DNA from: Candidatus Omnitrophota bacterium
GTDB lineage: Bacteria; Omnitrophota; Gorgyraeia; Aquiviventales; Aquiviventaceae
DNA length: 64,000 nt
Assembly: GCA_023247255.1 (NCBI GenBank)
Contig: JAHFGV010000007.1
Coordinates: 6,602 to 70,601 of the forward strand
Reading direction: 5' to 3'
The notes under the pieces were generated by a model. That model did no database searches. It had not been told where the DNA came from and worked only from the letters and a program-made list of their open reading frames with translations. A program made the translations under genes and the position numbers. Positions 58,802 through 64,000 of the stretch are shown piece by piece; position 1 is the first letter of the stretch; each line of letters starts with the position of its first letter.

Positions 58802-59831
58802 CGCAAGCCTGCTTGCCTGGTGTAGCATCCTCATCGGGTGCGGGACGGCGATTGCTGAATCCCAGGATCTCCATGCGCAACTGGCGGCACGCAATGCTGC
58901 CGCGTTCGAAGAGTTTCTGGCGGCGTACGCTCAGGTCGTCGAACAAGTCAATCGGCGTTTTGGAATAAATTACCTGGCGTTGGATAACCGCTACGGCGTG
59001 CCTTATCGAGAGTATTGGGATAAGCGCTTGCTCCTGGAGCATTTCCAAAAAGATGAAAAGGATAGTCCCTTATCCCAATCCCAAAAGCCGCAGGCAGAGG
59101 AGCTTCTGAAAAGTCCTGAGGCCATGCGCTATCTGGAAGCCAGGCTCTATCTCGAGAACGAACTGGACAAGAACCATTTGTTAAAGGGCAAGCGTCTGCA
59201 AGCCTGCGAAGAAGTGTTTGAGACGCTCAGCAGGACGGATCCCCTCTTGAAATACTTCTTTCACTCCCAAAAGTACCAACGCAGCTATGGGTTGCTCTTG
59301 AAACGGGTAGTCTGGTCGTTTCCCGAAGGCGTTGGCCTGTCTGCCTCGACCACGGCGTTAGATACCTATACGGTGTTTGCCAATCGGACACAGATGCCGA
59401 TGTTGATGACGCTGACGCCTGTAGCGTTTGAATCGTTGGCTTTTCTGAACTCCATCATCATCCACGAGCTGAACCATGTCTTGCTCTATAAAGAACCCCT
59501 GGCAACGAATCTGCACGGGTCACTCCGCATGGAAGGACCTCCCCTCAGCTCTGTATTGGGTGATCCCTACCGTTGGTCGTTCATACGCAAACACGGTGGC
59601 ACATCGGATTATCCCGATCATCTGCTTCAGGAATATTATGCGCTCCAGGCCCAGTTGCTTTATGATAATGGAATGCCTTCAGATTCCCCCTACCGTCTGC
59701 TCCCGAAGGACCGCCTGCACATTGAGCGTCTCTACGAATGGGTCGTGCAACAGCTTACTGGGGAATATCAAGCGCTCATCGCACAGCATCCGGATCCGCC
59801 GATTTTAAGATATCTCAAGGCTCTTAAATGA
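58791..59831 (+). CDS. putative lipoprotein with HExxH zinc-metallopeptidase motif
   Basis: Signal/lipobox MKRNASLLAWCSILIGCG, and IIIHELNHVLLY (HExxH) about 245 aa in. Confidence 0.45.
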   Translation: MKRNASLLAWCSILIGCGTAIAESQDLHAQLAARNAAAFEEFLAAYAQVVEQVNRRFGINYLALDNRYGVPYREYWDKRLLLEHFQKDEKDSPLSQSQKPQAEELLKSPEAMRYLEARLYLENELDKNHLLKGKRLQACEEVFETLSRTDPLLKYFFHSQKYQRSYGLLLKRVVWSFPEGVGLSASTTALDTYTVFANRTQMPMLMTLTPVAFESLAFLNSIIIHELNHVLLYKEPLATNLHGSLRMEGPPLSSVLGDPYRWSFIRKHGGTSDYPDHLLQEYYALQAQLLYDNGMPSDSPYRLLPKDRLHIERLYEWVVQQLTGEYQALIAQHPDPPILRYLKALK

Positions 59832-60622
59832 ATCGCACGGGAGTCATCCGAACTTTTAAGCTGACGATCGCTTATGACGGGACGCGCTATGCGGGTTGGC
59901 AGGCACAGCGTTACAGCAGTCAGCAATCAGCAGCCAGCAATAAGCCAGAACGCAAACCGACGATTCAAGGAACGCTAGAACAGACGCTCAAACGAATCCT
60001 CCAGGAATCGGTGAAAGTCATTGGGAGCGGAAGGACGGACGCGGGTGTTCATGCCATAGCCCAAGTAGCTCATGTCCGAACTCGGTCGCGTCTTTCTTGC
60101 AATCGTCTGTTGCGTTCGGTTAATCAATTGCTACCATCCGATATTGCACTGACACAAATCGAGCAAGCTCACCCCGCGTTTCATGCCCGGTTTCACGCCA
60201 CCCGCAAACGCTATCGCTACTGTATTTTTACAGGCTCTGTCGTGCCTCCGTTCATCAGACCCTACGTGCTCCATTTTCCAGCCCGACTCAACGCAGCGTT
60301 GATGCGTCGGGAGGCAGCCTACCTAAAAAATCGCCACGATTTCCGTGCCTTCACCCAAGCAAAATCTGTGCGTCAACGTTCTACGATCCGAACGATTACC
60401 GATGTTCAGTTCAAGCGCCAAGGTCCGCAGCTTCAGATCGAAGTGGAAGGAAACGGGTTCTTGCATACCATGGTGCGGAGTATCGTAGGCACTCTGATGG
60501 ACGTCGGTCGTGGACATCTGCCTCCAGGCACGATACGGCGAATGGTGCAAAGTAAAAATCGGGACATGGCCGGAAGCACTGCCCCCGCTCGAGGATTGAC
60601 CTTGCTCAGGGTTCATTACTGA
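59828..60622 (+). CDS. truA: tRNA pseudouridine(38-40) synthase
   Basis: GWQAQ, GSGRTDAGVHA (catalytic Asp) and FLHTMVRSIVG motifs. Confidence 0.85.
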   Translation: MNRTGVIRTFKLTIAYDGTRYAGWQAQRYSSQQSAASNKPERKPTIQGTLEQTLKRILQESVKVIGSGRTDAGVHAIAQVAHVRTRSRLSCNRLLRSVNQLLPSDIALTQIEQAHPAFHARFHATRKRYRYCIFTGSVVPPFIRPYVLHFPARLNAALMRREAAYLKNRHDFRAFTQAKSVRQRSTIRTITDVQFKRQGPQLQIEVEGNGFLHTMVRSIVGTLMDVGRGHLPPGTIRRMVQSKNRDMAGSTAPARGLTLLRVHY

Positions 60623-60630
60623 GGTTTTGC

Positions 60631-62244
60631 ATGGCTGAACGAACCAGACGCACTCATCCGAGCTCCTTGAAAGAAAAACCGAAAGAGAAACAGCCGGAAC
60701 AGTGGGGCTCTCGGATAGGCGTCATTCTGGCTGTCGCCGGCAGCGCCATTGGCCTGGGGAATTTCCTACGGTTTCCTGTCCAGGCTGCGCAGAACGGCGG
60801 CGGTGCTTTCATGATTCCTTATTTTCTGGCGCTGCTTTTGCTCGGCATTCCCTTATGTCTCGTTGAGTGGACAATCGGACGATTCGGTGGAGCCCACGGT
60901 CACAACACATCCGCGGGCGCTCTGGGAGTCCTGTGGCATTGGCGCGGCAGCCGGTATTTGGGTCTGTTGGGAGTATTCGGACCCTGGGTCATCTTTTTGT
61001 ATTACACCTATGTGGAGAGTTGGACGCTGGCGTTTAGCTATTTCTCGCTGGCCGGTCTCTATGATCGAGCCGCCGATCAGACCTCCATGACTGCTTTCCT
61101 TAGAGGTTTTCAAGGACTGGCACCCAATGAAACCTTTCCCAATCTAGCGACCGCCTATTTCTTCTTTTTGCTGACTTTCGCCCTCAACCTGATCATCGTT
61201 GCAGGAGGCATCCGTCGAGGAATCGAGTTTGTCTCGAAAACCTTTCTTCCTCTTCTGTTCGTCTTTGCGATTGTATTGGCTATCCGGGGAATCTGTCTCG
61301 GAACGCCGGATCCAGCGAAACCCGATTGGAATATCCTCAATGGTTTGGGCTATCTGTGGAATCCGGATTTTTCTGTCTTGAAGCATTCGAGGGTCTGGCT
61401 GGCGGCCGCCGGGCAGATTTTCTTCACTTTAAGCGTCGGCATCGGCGCCATCTTAACCTACGCGAGTTACCTCAAGCGCGATGATGACGTCGTATTATCC
61501 TCATTGACCGCCGTCGGGATGAATGAGTTTGCCGAAGTGATCTTGGGAGGATGCCTGGTCATCCCGGTCGCCTTTGCCTTCTTTGGCCCTCAGCAAATGC
61601 ATGCGATTGCCCAAAGCGGATCTTTCAATCTCGGATTCGTCACCCTGCCGTTGGTTTTGAGGCAGCTTCCGTGGGGACACGTGTTGGGTTGTGTCTGGTT
61701 TCTTCTTTTGTTTCTGGCCGGGATCACGTCTTCCATTTCTCTGGCACAGCCGGTGCTGGCGTTCTTTCAAAACGTCTATGGTCTGAGCCGGGCAAAAGCC
61801 GTCATGTTTTTTGGAGCGATCAGCTTCGTCCTCAGCCAGCCGGCAATCGGGTGGCTGGGGCATGGCGTGATGGATGAAATGGATTTCTGGGTAGGGACGT
61901 TCTGCCTGGTACTCTTCGGCACCATTGAAATCCTCATCTTCGGCTGGGCCTTCGGCCTTAAGCGTGGCTGGCGGGAACTCCATCACGGGGCGAGTCTGCA
62001 CCTAGCACCGGTCTTTAAATTTGTCATCCGCTATGTCACTCCCGCGTACTTGTTATTTATCCTGGGGTTCTGGTTTTACGACAATGCCAAACCGACCATC
62101 AGCCTCACCAGCGTCGATCCGGCCAACCGTCCCTATGTCCTTGGCACTCGGTGGATGCTCATCGGTTTTTTCTTGATCCTCGCCATCAGCATGAGAGTCG
62201 CATTACGTCGTCGGCCGCTTAGCCAAGAACTGCATATCTCATGA
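60631..62244 (+). CDS. sodium-dependent transporter, SNF/NSS family
   Basis: WGSRIGVILAVAGSAIGLGNFLRFP (the NSS TM1 signature) and 11-12 TM segments. Confidence 0.8.
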   Translation: MAERTRRTHPSSLKEKPKEKQPEQWGSRIGVILAVAGSAIGLGNFLRFPVQAAQNGGGAFMIPYFLALLLLGIPLCLVEWTIGRFGGAHGHNTSAGALGVLWHWRGSRYLGLLGVFGPWVIFLYYTYVESWTLAFSYFSLAGLYDRAADQTSMTAFLRGFQGLAPNETFPNLATAYFFFLLTFALNLIIVAGGIRRGIEFVSKTFLPLLFVFAIVLAIRGICLGTPDPAKPDWNILNGLGYLWNPDFSVLKHSRVWLAAAGQIFFTLSVGIGAILTYASYLKRDDDVVLSSLTAVGMNEFAEVILGGCLVIPVAFAFFGPQQMHAIAQSGSFNLGFVTLPLVLRQLPWGHVLGCVWFLLLFLAGITSSISLAQPVLAFFQNVYGLSRAKAVMFFGAISFVLSQPAIGWLGHGVMDEMDFWVGTFCLVLFGTIEILIFGWAFGLKRGWRELHHGASLHLAPVFKFVIRYVTPAYLLFILGFWFYDNAKPTISLTSVDPANRPYVLGTRWMLIGFFLILAISMRVALRRRPLSQELHIS

Positions 62245-62360
62245 ACCTATGGGGATGGATTTTCCTGACTCTCTCTTGGGGCTTCATTATCGGTTTGTGT
62301 GTTTTTTGTTTCTTCCACATCTTCTGGCAGCGGAACAAACCCGGTTCGTCTCATCCCTGA
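62241..62360 (+). CDS. 39-codon single-TM small protein overlapping the SNF gene stop (MetS-like small partner of NSS transporters)
   Basis: ATG overlaps the transporter TGA (ATGA). MNLWGWIFLTLSWGFIIGLCVFCFFHIFWQRNKPGSSHP has one hydrophobic helix followed by a basic tail. It is not in the ORF track because it is under 60 aa. Confidence 0.35.
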   Translation: MNLWGWIFLTLSWGFIIGLCVFCFFHIFWQRNKPGSSHP

Positions 62361-62421
62361 CACGCGTCGTGCGCATTCCATATTCCATCCCGCGCAGAAC
62401 TAGGATATAATTAGCCCTTCC

Positions 62422-63591
62422 ATGCAAACGAAATACGTCATCTTGCGGTGTGAAGATACCGGGCGGGGTGAGAATGTTGCCTCGCTTTTGGAAGGGGCTA
62501 AACTGCCCCAGCTCCAACAAATGGCCCAGGCAGGCTCGGCGGGCCTAGTCATTCCTCCAGCCAGGCTTTCCAGCATCGACCGCTTCCAGCTTCATCGCGG
62601 GCTGCTGGGACTTTCTTTGCGCGATCCAGAAGCAACCCCGTCCGCCTGCTATGCAGCGAGCTTGGGACTCGATCTGAAAGAGGGACAAACGGCCTGGTGT
62701 TGCGAATTCGTCACTCACCGAGATGGACGCATCGTGGATGCTACCGCGGGCTCTATCACGACTAACGAAAGCCAGATGCTGCTTCAAGCCTTGGAAAGCC
62801 AATTGGGATCCGAACAGTTGTGTTGGAAACTGGGACGAGAATCCCACCATCTGTTACTGGTGTCCGACCCCACGCTTCAAAATGACGGGCAAGCACCGAT
62901 TCGCTCACCCGAACGCGTTCTGGAGGAGTCCTGGCGTCGCTGCTTGCCCAAAGGTATCCTGGGAAATTCGCTGCGGCGCTTGATTGAGCAGGCGTCGAGC
63001 GTCTTGGAGGCTCATACGATCAATCGGGTCAGGATCGATCTGGGTGAGAATCCGGCGAATATGGTTTGGCTGTGGGGACCAGGACATCGCAGCCCGGCGC
63101 GGTCTTTTTCCGAGCGCACGGGTCTTTCTGGACTTTTGATGTCCAACGATTTCCCGATGCGAGGAATGGCCCGGATACTCGGCCTGGACTGGAAAGAAGC
63201 CCTGGAATCCCTTGAGGAAGCGTCTTTCCGCAGCCTGACTCAGAAGCTGAATCGAGCGGTGGAAAAATACGATTTCGTGTATCTGCATCTTGTGATTCGC
63301 ACTTCTCAGGCGATAGAACGGCTTTGCGCCATGGAACGCATGGACCAGTGGCTCGTGAAACCTTTGGTCAGCCAGCTGCCTGAGCGAACTTCGTGGCGTA
63401 TTCTCATCGTGATTGATGATCGGCCGGACGATGGGGCGGCGGTTGTGGCTATGGGAAGTGATTTGGGAAAATCCCCCATCGTCCATCTCAACCGAAAGGA
63501 CTTCGCTGAAAGCGCGTTTCGGTTCAGTCATACGAGCGACCTATTCTCATGGTTTGTCCCAAAGACCGATGGGCTCAACGAACGTCCATAG
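62422..63591 (+). CDS. cofactor-independent phosphoglycerate mutase-like protein (ApgM / alkaline-phosphatase superfamily), with degenerate catalytic motifs
   Basis: FRCN-like region (CCEFVTHRDGRIVDATAGSIT) and PANMVWLWGPG match ApgM-family landmarks. The N-terminal DG metal site and the DEAGH motif are not conserved. Preceded by a GATATAAT -10-like box. Confidence 0.5.
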   Translation: MQTKYVILRCEDTGRGENVASLLEGAKLPQLQQMAQAGSAGLVIPPARLSSIDRFQLHRGLLGLSLRDPEATPSACYAASLGLDLKEGQTAWCCEFVTHRDGRIVDATAGSITTNESQMLLQALESQLGSEQLCWKLGRESHHLLLVSDPTLQNDGQAPIRSPERVLEESWRRCLPKGILGNSLRRLIEQASSVLEAHTINRVRIDLGENPANMVWLWGPGHRSPARSFSERTGLSGLLMSNDFPMRGMARILGLDWKEALESLEEASFRSLTQKLNRAVEKYDFVYLHLVIRTSQAIERLCAMERMDQWLVKPLVSQLPERTSWRILIVIDDRPDDGAAVVAMGSDLGKSPIVHLNRKDFAESAFRFSHTSDLFSWFVPKTDGLNERP

Positions 63592-63603
63592 ATACGCCCA
63601 TCC

Positions 63604-64000
63604 ATGAAACGAAAACTGATCGTCCAAAAATACGGGGGAAGCTCGGTCGCTCATTCGGAACGGATCAAACGGGTAGCGCAGCGAGTCATCGCCACCAAAC
63701 ATCAAGGTGCCGATGTTGTGGTCGTTGTTTCCGCGCTGGGCGATACGACGGATGAGCTGTTACAGTTGGCTTCGCAAGTCAGCCAGAGCCCATCCGAACG
63801 GGAGCTCGACATGTTGATGGCAACCGGTGAGCAGGTTTCCGTCGCCCTTCTTGCGATGGCCATCCATGCCTTTGGAGAAGACGCGGTATCGTTTACCGGA
63901 GCCCAGGTCGGCATTCTCACGGATGGCACGCACACCAAGGCAAGGCTTGTAAAAATCAACACGCATCGAATCGTCGAGGAACTGCACAAAGGACGGATCG
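63604..64000 (+). CDS. lysC: aspartate kinase, N-terminal part (continues beyond the window)
   Basis: MKRKLIVQKYGGSSV...VVVVSALGDTTDELL is the aspartokinase amino-acid-kinase N-terminus. No stop before the window end. Confidence 0.8.
   Translation, partial: MKRKLIVQKYGGSSVAHSERIKRVAQRVIATKHQGADVVVVVSALGDTTDELLQLASQVSQSPSERELDMLMATGEQVSVALLAMAIHAFGEDAVSFTGAQVGILTDGTHTKARLVKINTHRIVEELHKGRI

Overview
This window reads as a chromosomal segment from a Gram-negative-type bacterium with mid-to-high 50s % GC (judged by eye). Content from start to end: the 3' end of tsaD, an MgtC-family membrane protein and a bactofilin fused to an HTH domain. From about 2.1 to 22.8 kb there is a large LPS/glycan biosynthesis region in two plus-strand operon-like strings whose genes mostly overlap start and stop codons (ATGA). 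It holds SDR epimerases/dehydratases, a GT4 WecA-like transferase, an O-antigen-ligase-like protein, two GT9 heptosyltransferases, several GT2 modules including an 864-aa triple-GT2 fusion, and a sugar 3,4-ketoisomerase. It also holds a TylCIII-like C-methyltransferase, a UXS-like decarboxylase, a Gfo/Idh/MocA oxidoreductase, a methyltransferase and a NodB deacetylase. A GT87-like gene sits on the minus strand between the two strings. Housekeeping genes follow: a MurG/MGDG-like GT28, UDG family 4, priA, a TPR protein, def and fmt, then two tandem GalT-like HIT uridylyltransferase paralogs. Two paralogous PilV/PilW/PilX-type (GspI/J/K-like) pseudopilin operons lie in inverted orientation and bracket gap-pgk-tpiA-secG plus a five-gene Opp/Dpp-type ABC importer. 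The second pilin operon is truncated by an IS3-family element whose orfB is frameshifted. Downstream are a rhodanese, a MarC-family protein, a small low-GC islet carrying a retropepsin-like aspartic protease, thiG, a fused MFS/spermidine-synthase/TPR giant, an IDH/IPMDH-family dehydrogenase, asd, a membrane PilZ protein, an HExxH lipoprotein, truA, an SNF transporter with a probable small MetS-like partner, a degenerate ApgM-like protein and the lysC N-terminus. The most striking property is the density of short non-autonomous repeats. There are at least five MITE-like or REP-like families, several with perfect terminal inverted repeats, whose ends in at least five cases supply the stop codon of the upstream gene, and one 174-bp repeat is inserted in frame into a glycosyltransferase gene. 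I see no CRISPR arrays, rRNA or convincing tRNA. All calls rest on reading the six-frame translations and the sequence by eye; no database searches were run.
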